A stretch of DNA of 64,000 nucleotides, taken from Gammaproteobacteria bacterium. Lineage in GTDB: Bacteria; Pseudomonadota; Gammaproteobacteria; SZUA-229. The notes under the pieces are model-generated. The model saw nothing but the letters and a program-made list of their open reading frames with translations, was not told where the DNA came from and ran no database searches. Position 1 is the first letter of the stretch, and every line of letters begins with the position of its first letter. The translations under genes and the position numbers were made by a program. Shown piece by piece: positions 51,922 through 60,134 of this stretch. The stretch covers positions 59,028-123,027 of the forward strand of contig JABDRN010000028.1 in assembly GCA_013041745.1 (NCBI GenBank), read 5' to 3'.

Positions 51922-52488
51922 TTATGAGTCAAACTCATCGTTATTGTTGAAGTTTCTAAATGCAGATTCATCCTCGAATTCTACCATCTCGGGCTGTTGT
52001 GATTTTACCCATTGCATCAGTCGTAACTGACCATCGATGAGAGCTTGCCCGATAGATCGATGCAGGTTTTTATGCAGCATCATGACCAGCTGCAATCTAT
52101 TATTCGAAGTGGCGATATGAAGATGGGTTTCTGGCTTGCTGCGGCTGAATTTATCAATTATGTCCGTTGGTAAACAAGGGGTGTCGCAGGCAACGATTAG
52201 CACCCTGTCGTGCAGGGCATGAGGCAATGCAGCATAGATACCCGCCAGTGGTCCAAGATATTGCTCAGTCTCATCAGCGATAACTGTCTCAGAGTATCGT
52301 TGATATTGCTTGGTATTACGATTCGCGCTTATCACGATGTCATCGACCTGGGGTATAATTTTTTCGATGACATGTTCGATGAGAGGTTTACCTCTGTACT
52401 CGAGCAGCCCCTTATCTACACCACCGACACGTTTGCCTTCTCCTCCGGCAAGGATGATGCCGCTGACCTGCTCAGCGATCTTGTTCAT
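51922..52488 (-). CDS. mobA: Molybdenum cofactor guanylyltransferase MobA
   Basis: MNKIAEQVSGIILAGGEGKRVGGVDKGLL... matches the MobA N-terminus. Start placed at the internal Met. Confidence 0.8.
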   Translation of the reverse strand: MNKIAEQVSGIILAGGEGKRVGGVDKGLLEYRGKPLIEHVIEKIIPQVDDIVISANRNTKQYQRYSETVIADETEQYLGPLAGIYAALPHALHDRVLIVACDTPCLPTDIIDKFSRSKPETHLHIATSNNRLQLVMMLHKNLHRSIGQALIDGQLRLMQWVKSQQPEMVEFEDESAFRNFNNNDEFDS

Positions 52489-52863
52489 GAGAATAAACAG
52501 GTGATATTGCCTGATAACATAACGGTACTGCAAAGTTTCCACGTCATCTCGGTTTTGTCCACTGGTAATGGCGGGCTATGTTTCATAAGGCAGTATAAGG
52601 TTGCGTTAGATCAGGATAAATTCTAACAAGGTATCATATCTCAAGCCTTGATCGTTTTGTGATAATTATAAGGTGCCTTCCATGGCGTGTGAGGAGTCTC
52701 GTCCTTGTATGATTCAAACTCTGTAATGTGATTCAGTTGAGCACCAAAACTACTGGTAGCAGGCGCTTCACCTAAATGAGTTTACAGGGTGTTCAGACAT
52801 AGTCATGTGCAACATGCATGCCAGCGATAAAACCGGTATCTGCAGTCGATTACAAGGTGAAGT

Positions 52864-52880
52864 TGCACAGTTAGGGTGCA
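52864..52880. promoter_or_regulatory. NtrC-like dyad TGCACagttagGGTGCA upstream of the ANTAR regulator gene
   Basis: TGCAC-N6-GGTGCA spacing matches NtrC sites. Additional GTGCAA half-sites occur at 52806, 52877 and 52918. Confidence 0.4.
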
Positions 52881-52973
52881 AAATCGGTGTCGATATGAGT
52901 TATTCAGGTGCAATGCTGTTCCCTAAAATGGTTTTCTCTGGCTATAACAGGCATATACAGTACCTATATCATT

Positions 52974-52989
52974 TGGCATGACTATTGCT
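52974..52989 (+). promoter_or_regulatory. Sigma54 promoter TGGCATGactaTTGCT driving the ANTAR regulator
   Basis: Near-consensus -24 GG and -12 TTGC with correct spacing. It overlaps the ORF-track ATG at 52978, which argues for a downstream start. Confidence 0.6.
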
Positions 52990-53025
52990 ATTTGTTACAT
53001 GTATGAAAACCAAGAAGATTTGTAT

Positions 53026-53598
53026 ATGGACCTGATCCTTGTTGCCGACAACCTGGATAGCGCTCAGCCATTATTGAGAGTTGCATCAAAGTCTGGCTAT
53101 CGAATAGTGAAGTTGATCGAAGTGGATGCTGATGCCAGCAGGTATGTGGAATCATTGCGCCCTGACGCCCTGATAGTGCTCAGTGATGAAATAGACCGGC
53201 TAGTGTTACGGCAGATGAAAGCTATCACCGCAAAACAACCCTTACCGATGGTTGTTTTTACCCGTGATTCTAATCCCGATTCTATCGATGCCGCTGTAAA
53301 AGCCGGTGCTAGTACTTATGTAGTTGACTGTAATGATCCTGAGAGGCTGGGCTCTCTGCTGGGTGTGGCCAGGTCGAGGTTCGATGAGCAGCAACGCTTA
53401 CAGAAAGAGCTGCTGCAGACAAAGATCGCACTGTCCGACCGGAAGAATGTAGAAAGAGCAAAAGGTATCATCATGAAAACCAAGAGCGTAAGTGAAGACC
53501 AGGCTTATAACGCGATGCGAAAACTGGCGATGAACCATAATAAACGCATAGGTGAAATAGCTGAGCAGATAATCTCAGCGTCTGAAGTCCTGGTCTAA
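53026..53598 (+). CDS. NasT/AmiR-like response regulator with C-terminal ANTAR RNA-binding antitermination domain
   Basis: Receiver-like N-terminus (MDLILVADN...) and ANTAR (LSDRKNVERAKGIIMKTKSVSEDQAYNAMRKLAMNHNKRIGEIAEQII). Confidence 0.8.
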   Translation: MDLILVADNLDSAQPLLRVASKSGYRIVKLIEVDADASRYVESLRPDALIVLSDEIDRLVLRQMKAITAKQPLPMVVFTRDSNPDSIDAAVKAGASTYVVDCNDPERLGSLLGVARSRFDEQQRLQKELLQTKIALSDRKNVERAKGIIMKTKSVSEDQAYNAMRKLAMNHNKRIGEIAEQIISASEVLV

Positions 53599-53697
53599 TA
53601 GACGTTATTAAAGTTCAGTCATCAGCTGGATTGATCTATGTTCTCCTGACCCATCATGACAGCGTAAAATATATAACATAAGTCTTTCAGGTGAAAA

Positions 53698-54669
53698 ATG
53701 GGATGGCTAGATAAATCAATCAGTAAACAGCGTAGTTTTATAGAAGGTTTATTACTTGATCCTTTGAGCAAGCTTGCCGATATATGTGTTGACAGCTGGA
53801 GTGACAGGAAAAAGCTGGATCAGAGTCTGAAAGCCTATCTGCAGGCGAAAACAGATCACCGCTGTTCTTTATTGTATGCGATAGACATAAAGGGCCTGCA
53901 GTACAGCAGTAATATCTCAAAAGATATGGTCGATGAAGCCATCATCGGTCAGGACCTGTCGCACAGGCCTTATCTAAAAAGCATCGATAATGGCAGTGAA
54001 ACACAGTTGTTGCTTAGTGATGTCTACATCGATAAGCAGACCCGCAAGCCCTGTATAACAGTGCTACATGAGGTCAGGTCGAATCATGAGGTCATCGGCT
54101 ATATCGCTGCTGATTTCGGACTGAAAGATCTGCCGTTAAAAAACGTTAATGAGTTACAGTCATATGAATGGCGCCAGATAAAAGGCGATCCTTCCATACG
54201 TGGTACGATGTTTCAGCAGACGCGGGTCCGCAGTTCGATGGATCAGCATATCGATGAAGTGCTCGATGTGGTCGAGTCCCTGATGACAGAGCAGGGGGTG
54301 TTTCACGTAAAGCTGCATTTCTCCAGTTCACGAGCGACACTATGGTCATACAGTGATCCTTATCGATATCGTCTGCATGTATTGGACGAGATAATTAATC
54401 CTAAAGTTTGTCTCGTCTATGAAAAAGTGCCTTACCCTGAGCAGGCCCTGGTCACGGCCGGTATGGTGCACAACGTGTTAAAAGCTTTCAAGCTTTTGAG
54501 GGATGCTGATGAAACTATCTACCTGCGGGCCGCGTCATTGAATATAATGAACGGGCTGGTCGGACTCAACTTCTCCTGCGACGGCTCTCATTATATGCCA
54601 GCCAATGAATTTCTCGAAAAAGACCTGAGGTTCTGGTTTGGCGAAGAAACTATCTGTGTCAATGCCTAG
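53698..54669 (+). CDS. Cytoplasmic Cache/PAS-like sensor protein; putative ligand-sensing partner of the ANTAR regulator
   Basis: No TM. Cache-like motif RPYLKSI...LLLSDVYIDKQTRKPCITVLHEV...EVIGYIAADFGL. Sits where nasS would be but is unrelated to NrtA-type binding proteins. Confidence 0.5.
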   Translation: MGWLDKSISKQRSFIEGLLLDPLSKLADICVDSWSDRKKLDQSLKAYLQAKTDHRCSLLYAIDIKGLQYSSNISKDMVDEAIIGQDLSHRPYLKSIDNGSETQLLLSDVYIDKQTRKPCITVLHEVRSNHEVIGYIAADFGLKDLPLKNVNELQSYEWRQIKGDPSIRGTMFQQTRVRSSMDQHIDEVLDVVESLMTEQGVFHVKLHFSSSRATLWSYSDPYRYRLHVLDEIINPKVCLVYEKVPYPEQALVTAGMVHNVLKAFKLLRDADETIYLRAASLNIMNGLVGLNFSCDGSHYMPANEFLEKDLRFWFGEETICVNA

Positions 54670-54684
54670 ATATTAATGATAGAT

Positions 54685-54709
54685 AAAAAAAGGCAGCCTG
54701 TCGGCTGCC
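54685..54709 (-). terminator. Intrinsic terminator (minus-strand orientation) after the PhoX-like gene
   Basis: GGCAGCC-tgtc-GGCTGCC with the T-run on the minus strand (A7 on the plus strand). Confidence 0.6.
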
Positions 54710-54779
54710 CCACTAAGTTCATGACAGAGGTGTCGGACCTCACGGTGAATGTGTCACCATCATGATCAAGGCACGGGTC

Positions 54780-56117
54780 TTAGTCGTTGTCTTTCCAGTG
54801 GCCCTTGCCTTTACGTGTTATCGCCCACGTGGCATCGCCATCATCAGCTGCTGAGTGCTGTACGTTGACATACAGGGTTTTGTCATCAGTCGGGCTGAAG
54901 TAGATGCCGGTACCTTCTGCACCCGGGTCGGTCAGAGAAGCGAATAAGTCAACGTCTTTAGATGCTCCATACTCGTTAGTTTTTGTAGAAGCGAACCAGA
55001 TGTCAGATGGTTTGTTATCTTCGATCATGATCAGGTCACCGTTTGGTGCTTCTGCCAGGTTGTCGACGCTGTCGAAACCAGTCTGGTGGCCTTCCTGACC
55101 GGGCTTGCCTATTTCAACAGGAGCGTTAACGCCAGCTTTAACGAAGTTAGTGACTTGCATTGACTGAAGATCAACAGCGATCACACGGCCTTCGTAGTAC
55201 TCTTTGCCGTATTCGTCACGAGGGCCTTCAGTGATAGCAACGTACAGATTGCCGTCGATGATTTCCAGGTCTTCAGGACGCTGGTAGCTTGCGCCGCCAG
55301 CCAGAGTGCCGGCGCGACGAGCATCAGTAGCGTCGATAGGGCCCAGCCATTCGCCCTGTCCAGTATTATCGGCACGATGCTCATTGTTAAGAGGGGTTTT
55401 AATGCCCAGAACGTACAGATCACCAGAAGACAGGTCACCGTAATTGTGAGGAACGAACTTGTAAATGCCGCCACCACATGGAATGCCCAGGTCACAGCCT
55501 GAAGTACGGCCGCGGTGCTCATCTACTACATAAACGTTACCATCAATGTCGAAATCGATGCCTTCGTGCGCCAGGCGGCCAACAGCAGGACGATCATGAA
55601 TTACTGCAGCAGTAGTCAGGTCAGCATCCAGTTCGATTTCGAAAAAACGCCCGCCCGTTGTTTCTTCAGCGAATACAACTGTGCCCCATGGGGACCAGCG
55701 AATACCGTCCAGGGCATTATATGAAGGGTCCTGAGCCAGGATGGAAGTTGCACCGGTTTCCAGGTCAACAACAGTAACTGTGCCGCCTTCTGGCTGGTTG
55801 GCCGGGAAGCGCAGTTCATGAGTGCGATACATAAAACGACCAGCCATCGGGCCAGTTTCATTGACAACGTTCATGTCATGCCAGTCGTCGCGGCCACCGT
55901 CATAGATGTTCAGGTCTGCTTCATCAGAAACCACAGTCTGTTTGAAGCCTTTAGGCAGTTTCCATGGCGCAGTCGGATCCCAGTTAGCTGCGTTAGCAGA
56001 TTCTTCGAGTGGTTTGAAGCTGAAGCTGTTGTTTTTTTTATCATCATCTGCCTGTACTGTGCCAGAGATGGTTAACGCTGCAGTGATAGCAGAAGCCAGT
56101 AAGTGATTTTTGTTCAT
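54780..56117 (-). CDS. Secreted DUF839/PhoX-family beta-propeller (phosphatase-like) protein
   Basis: Signal peptide MNKNHLLASAITAALTISGTVQA after SD AAGGAAAAA; DUF839-like motifs (SPWGTVVFAEE, NGDLIMIEDN). Confidence 0.5.
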   Translation of the reverse strand: MNKNHLLASAITAALTISGTVQADDDKKNNSFSFKPLEESANAANWDPTAPWKLPKGFKQTVVSDEADLNIYDGGRDDWHDMNVVNETGPMAGRFMYRTHELRFPANQPEGGTVTVVDLETGATSILAQDPSYNALDGIRWSPWGTVVFAEETTGGRFFEIELDADLTTAAVIHDRPAVGRLAHEGIDFDIDGNVYVVDEHRGRTSGCDLGIPCGGGIYKFVPHNYGDLSSGDLYVLGIKTPLNNEHRADNTGQGEWLGPIDATDARRAGTLAGGASYQRPEDLEIIDGNLYVAITEGPRDEYGKEYYEGRVIAVDLQSMQVTNFVKAGVNAPVEIGKPGQEGHQTGFDSVDNLAEAPNGDLIMIEDNKPSDIWFASTKTNEYGASKDVDLFASLTDPGAEGTGIYFSPTDDKTLYVNVQHSAADDGDATWAITRKGKGHWKDND

Positions 56118-56440
56118 TAAATTTTTCCTTAAGCAAGGTTGAAAATATTTATAACCAGGAGTCAATGTGGTTATGTCGTTCTCAGTCATTCCTGAGAGCG
56201 GATATATTCATCGAGTTGTGTGAAAGATTTATTAAACAAAATTGACGGTTTTATGAATATATATGTCGTATGACAGATATGCAGTTATTGTTACAACATT
56301 ATTACTAAAAATTTTTGTAACCGATGCAGACGAACTGGTTTGGTGCGGATGGAATCTTTATGGGCTTCTATGGTGCAATAGTTGCCTGGAATGAGTAAAA
56401 GTTATTATTAAATCTTACGTATATTAACGACTTGAAAAAC

Positions 56441-56456
56441 TGGCACGTTCTATGCT
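56441..56456 (+). promoter_or_regulatory. Sigma54-like promoter TGGCACGttctaTGCT of the flavo-heme operon
   Basis: Consensus -24 TGGCACG; the -12 is TGCT (one mismatch) with correct spacing. About 20 nt upstream of ANTAR hairpin P1. Confidence 0.45.
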
Positions 56457-56474
56457 TATGCATTAATAAGTGAG

Positions 56475-56546
56475 CTGGTCAATGGCGGCCAGTCTGAATA
56501 AATACATTTTTTAGATAATTATCTAAGACACAAAGCAATGGTGCTT
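56475..56546 (+). ncRNA. ANTAR-target dual hexaloop hairpins (P1 56475-56492 CUGGUC[AAUGGC]GGCCAG; P2 56533-56546 AAGC[AAUGGU]GCUU) in the operon leader
   Basis: Both loops are hexaloops with A at position 1 and G at position 4, the ANTAR-target signature. P2 overlaps the 5' arm of the terminator. Confidence 0.55.
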
Positions 56547-56586
56547 GTATGCGGATTAGTTTCGTATGCAAGCGCCATTTTTTTTG
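56538..56586 (+). terminator. Leader intrinsic terminator (attenuator) upstream of the flavoprotein gene
   Basis: A 16-bp stem (AUGGUGCUUGUAUGCG / CGUAUGCAAGCGCCAU with 3 G-U pairs), 9-nt loop, then T8. Located 25 nt before the start codon. Confidence 0.7.
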
Positions 56587-56610
56587 TGCCGTTTAAAAGT
56601 CGATAGTTTT

Positions 56611-58629
56611 ATGAGCGCAATGCTAGAAAAGATCGTACCTGTAGCACAGGTCTCATCAGATAACGCAGTTTGTATCGCTGCCGAGACGGCCGCAATCGTC
56701 ATCGTTGGCAGTGGTCCTGTCGGTATGCAGTTTGCCAATGAACTCATGCTACGTAATACCGATGCACCCGTTATCGTTTATGGCAGCGAGCCTGTGCAGC
56801 CATACAACAGGGTAAGGCTCTCAGACTATCTTGCCGGTGAGGTATACCGTGATGCGCTTTCGATCGAGGAGCCTGTTTCAGGTAATGCAAATATCGAGTT
56901 TCGTTATAACTGTGCCGTCGAGTGGATCGATAAGAAAGAAAGGTTTATAACCGATGCCAGTGGCAGGGTGCAGCGATATTCAAAGCTGGTGCTGGTCACA
57001 GGGTCAACACCATTTATACCGATGTTTGGCAACCGCCATTACGAAGGTGTCTATACCTTTCGTACACTGGGCCAGGCGGATGAACTGCTCTCCAGAAAAA
57101 TCCGTACCAGGCATACTGTTGTCATAGGCGGAGGTCTGCTGGGCATTGAAACTGCGCGTGCCATGCAGAAGTATCATACAGATATAACCATCGTCGAACA
57201 TAACAGATGGTTGATGATGCAGCAGCTCGATGAGAAGGGTTCATCATATCTTGAGGACTACATCAAAAAGAACGGGATAAATATAGTACTCGATGACAGT
57301 GTCGTCAGTGTTACGGGAAATGGCCGTGTCGAGGGTGTAACGCTACGTAGCGGTAAAACAATAGAATGCGATACATTAATCGTAGCCGCCGGAGTTCGAC
57401 CGAATATTTCGCTGGCCAGGGATGCCGGACTGGTCTACCACAAAGGCATCCGTATCGATAATCATTTGCAGACCTCAGAGAAGGATATCTTTGCTATCGG
57501 TGAGTGTGCAGAACATGACGAAAATGTTTACGGGCTGGTAAAACCAGGTTTTGATCAGGCGGCTGTTCTTGCGGAGCGTTTGACAGGCGGTGATGCTCAG
57601 TATGTCGGGTCGATAAGTACGACAAAGTTGAAGGTCATGTCACAGGCAGTTTTCAGTGCTGGACGCAATGGTATAGATGAAGAGCCTGGTGCGTCCGTTA
57701 GTGAATATGTTTTCAGCGATAAGGATGCTGGTATATATCGAAAGATTCGCATCTTCGGGAATCGTATCATCGGTGTGATCGCCGTCGGTGAATGGCATGA
57801 GAGTGCTCTTATCAATGAAGCCATACAGGAAAGACGCAAGTTCTGGTTCTGGCACCTGGTCCGTTTCAAAGCCACTGGAAATATCTGGGGTGATGCAGAT
57901 GATATCGATGTATCGACATGGCCAGCGTCTGCGACCGTATGTAACTGTACCGGGGTGACACGAGGCAGATTAAGCAGCGTAGTTAACAGTGGATGTGAGG
58001 ATGTCGCCTGCCTTACCAGGATGACGCGCGCTGGAAGTGTCTGTGGCTCATGCAAACCGTTACTGGCGGAGATGTTAGGTGAGTCAGCTGATATCGAACC
58101 GGTACGGTCATGGCGGGGGCTGCTGGCTTTATCTGCACTGACTGTTGTTATCACAGTGATGTTCGCATTGTTCTGGCCGATACCGTTTGCTGATAGTGTG
58201 CAGTACGAAATACGCTGGGATGAATTATGGCGAGACTCACTGTTCAAGCAGATCAGTGGTTTCAGTATGCTGGGGCTGATCGTAATCGGACTTTTCATCT
58301 CGCTGCGAAAGCGCAGTTCTAAAGTCAGCTTCGGAGATTATGACCTGTGGCGTATATCTCACATCGTGCTCGGTATCGTCGCCCTGGCAGTGCTCATCGC
58401 GCATACCGGTTTTCGTTTAGGCAATGAACTGAATATGCTGCTGATGATTAATTTTTTATTGCTGGCTGCGGCCGGTGCAAGCGCCAGTACTGTCGTGGCA
58501 ACCGAGCATCGCATGGTGCCGGCAGTCGCAAAGAAGAAGCGCAAGATGTGGAACAAGGTGCACCTGTTTCTGTTCTGGTCTCTGCCTGTACTCCTGGGTT
58601 TTCATGTCTTGAAGACATATTACTACTGA
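56611..58629 (+). CDS. NirB-N-terminal-like NAD(P)H flavoprotein (FAD/NAD plus BFD [2Fe-2S]) fused to a C-terminal His-rich 5-TM domain
   Basis: GSGPVG and GGGLLG Rossmann motifs; GECAEHDENVYGLVKPGFDQAAV (compare NirB GECASWNNRVFGLVAPGYKMAQV); BFD-like CNCTGVTRGRL...CGSCKP; then five hydrophobic helices with His residues. No siroheme or 4Fe-4S domain. Start at the internal Met after the terminator. Confidence 0.75.
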   Translation: MSAMLEKIVPVAQVSSDNAVCIAAETAAIVIVGSGPVGMQFANELMLRNTDAPVIVYGSEPVQPYNRVRLSDYLAGEVYRDALSIEEPVSGNANIEFRYNCAVEWIDKKERFITDASGRVQRYSKLVLVTGSTPFIPMFGNRHYEGVYTFRTLGQADELLSRKIRTRHTVVIGGGLLGIETARAMQKYHTDITIVEHNRWLMMQQLDEKGSSYLEDYIKKNGINIVLDDSVVSVTGNGRVEGVTLRSGKTIECDTLIVAAGVRPNISLARDAGLVYHKGIRIDNHLQTSEKDIFAIGECAEHDENVYGLVKPGFDQAAVLAERLTGGDAQYVGSISTTKLKVMSQAVFSAGRNGIDEEPGASVSEYVFSDKDAGIYRKIRIFGNRIIGVIAVGEWHESALINEAIQERRKFWFWHLVRFKATGNIWGDADDIDVSTWPASATVCNCTGVTRGRLSSVVNSGCEDVACLTRMTRAGSVCGSCKPLLAEMLGESADIEPVRSWRGLLALSALTVVITVMFALFWPIPFADSVQYEIRWDELWRDSLFKQISGFSMLGLIVIGLFISLRKRSSKVSFGDYDLWRISHIVLGIVALAVLIAHTGFRLGNELNMLLMINFLLLAAAGASASTVVATEHRMVPAVAKKKRKMWNKVHLFLFWSLPVLLGFHVLKTYYY

Positions 58630-58650
58630 GCATTCAAAACGGACAGGGTT

Positions 58651-60072
58651 ATGAATGTGAGTGAGACGGCACTGAAGTGGATCTTATGGATAGTACTAAC
58701 AACGATAATTGTTATATGGCTAGGTTATTCGATGCTTTCTGAGTCAGCAGATAAAACGATATTTATGCCCGGGCCATTAAGTCCGGGGCATCATCAGCTG
58801 GCAGATGCCTGTGGTGCTTGCCATGCTGATGCTTTTGGCGGCGGAGAAGTGCTGCAGCAGTCCTGTGTTGACTGCCATGGCGAAGACAGGGTGAAGCCTT
58901 TTGATTCTCACCCAGCAAAAAAATTTAAGGATCCACGTAATGTTGAGCTCTTAGAAAATATCGATGCCCTGATGTGTACCAGCTGCCATACAGAACATCG
59001 TCCAGAGATCACGGCAAAAGATGGCGTGACACAGCCGATCGATTTCTGTGTTCACTGTCACCAGGATGTTGCTGAGGAGCGACCGTCACATGAAGGTATG
59101 GCCTTTGATACCTGTAAAGATTCTGGCTGTCACAATTTTCATAATAATCGTGCTCTGTATACCGACTTTCTGATTAAGCATCTCGATGAGCCGCCGACAT
59201 TGAAACAAGTCGTGCTGCCCGCAAAAGAGTATCTCGATGTTATCGATGAAGTCGTCGAGTACCCCCGAGAAAAATATCCACTGACTCAACTCGAAGAAAA
59301 AGATATCGATGCCGTGGAACGGCTGACTGTCAGTCCAGAGATAAAAAAAGACTGGCTCGAAACATCACATGCTAAATCGGGTGTCAATTGTACAGCATGC
59401 CATATAACGGAGGATGGTAGCGGCAGTGAGAAATGGACTGACCATCCTGAGCACCAGGCCTGCTCGAGTTGCCATAGTGTGGAAGTATCGCGTTTTACAG
59501 AGGGTAAGCATGGCATGCGTCTTAAACAGGGACTGTCACCGATGACGCCAGAGAATGCCATGCTGCCGATGAAAGAAGCTGCGCAACATGAAGATCTTAC
59601 CTGCAGCAGCTGCCATGGCGCTCATCGATTCGATGTGGTGTCGGCCGCTGTCGAATCATGCCTTGGCTGTCACGATGATGACCATAGCCTCGCTTACGAG
59701 CAGTCGCCACATTATCAGCTGTGGCAGAAAGAGATAAGCGGTGAAGCTGAAGCTGGCACCGGCGTTTCCTGCGCCAGTTGCCACATGCCACGTATCAGTT
59801 ATGACGTCAGTGAATGGTCAAGTCGCATAATCGTCGACCACAACCAGAGTGCAAACCTGTCGCCCAACAGCAAGATGATCCGTTCCAGTTGCCTGCACTG
59901 TCATGGCCTGGAGTTTACCTTGGAAGCATTGATCGACGTGAATATGATCAACAATAACTTCACTGGAAAGCCCGTTATTAATAGCGAAACGATGGACCTT
60001 GCCGACAGCGAAAACCAGAGACGCCTGAAGGCGGCGGCTGAAGATGAAGATGCTGGCATGTTCGGTTTCTAG
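58651..60072 (+). CDS. Membrane-anchored multiheme cytochrome c (10-11 heme sites); NapC/NrfH-like tetraheme N-module plus an additional multiheme domain
   Basis: N-terminal TM, then CGACH, CVDCH, CTSCH, CVHCH within about 130 aa, then CTACH, CSSCH, CSSCH, CLGCH, CASCH, CLHCH and one CX4CH (CKDSGCH). Confidence 0.8.
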   Translation: MNVSETALKWILWIVLTTIIVIWLGYSMLSESADKTIFMPGPLSPGHHQLADACGACHADAFGGGEVLQQSCVDCHGEDRVKPFDSHPAKKFKDPRNVELLENIDALMCTSCHTEHRPEITAKDGVTQPIDFCVHCHQDVAEERPSHEGMAFDTCKDSGCHNFHNNRALYTDFLIKHLDEPPTLKQVVLPAKEYLDVIDEVVEYPREKYPLTQLEEKDIDAVERLTVSPEIKKDWLETSHAKSGVNCTACHITEDGSGSEKWTDHPEHQACSSCHSVEVSRFTEGKHGMRLKQGLSPMTPENAMLPMKEAAQHEDLTCSSCHGAHRFDVVSAAVESCLGCHDDDHSLAYEQSPHYQLWQKEISGEAEAGTGVSCASCHMPRISYDVSEWSSRIIVDHNQSANLSPNSKMIRSSCLHCHGLEFTLEALIDVNMINNNFTGKPVINSETMDLADSENQRRLKAAAEDEDAGMFGF

Positions 60073-60134
60073 AGAGTAGCAGAAAACTAACCGTTGATTT
60101 TTCAACATAAACAAACTTGACCTTAGAGGTGATT

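Noticed and set aside
57597-58298. 233-aa minus-strand ORF inside the flavoprotein-TM fusion gene
   Set aside because: Antisense to a gene with strong NirB homology; no independent support.
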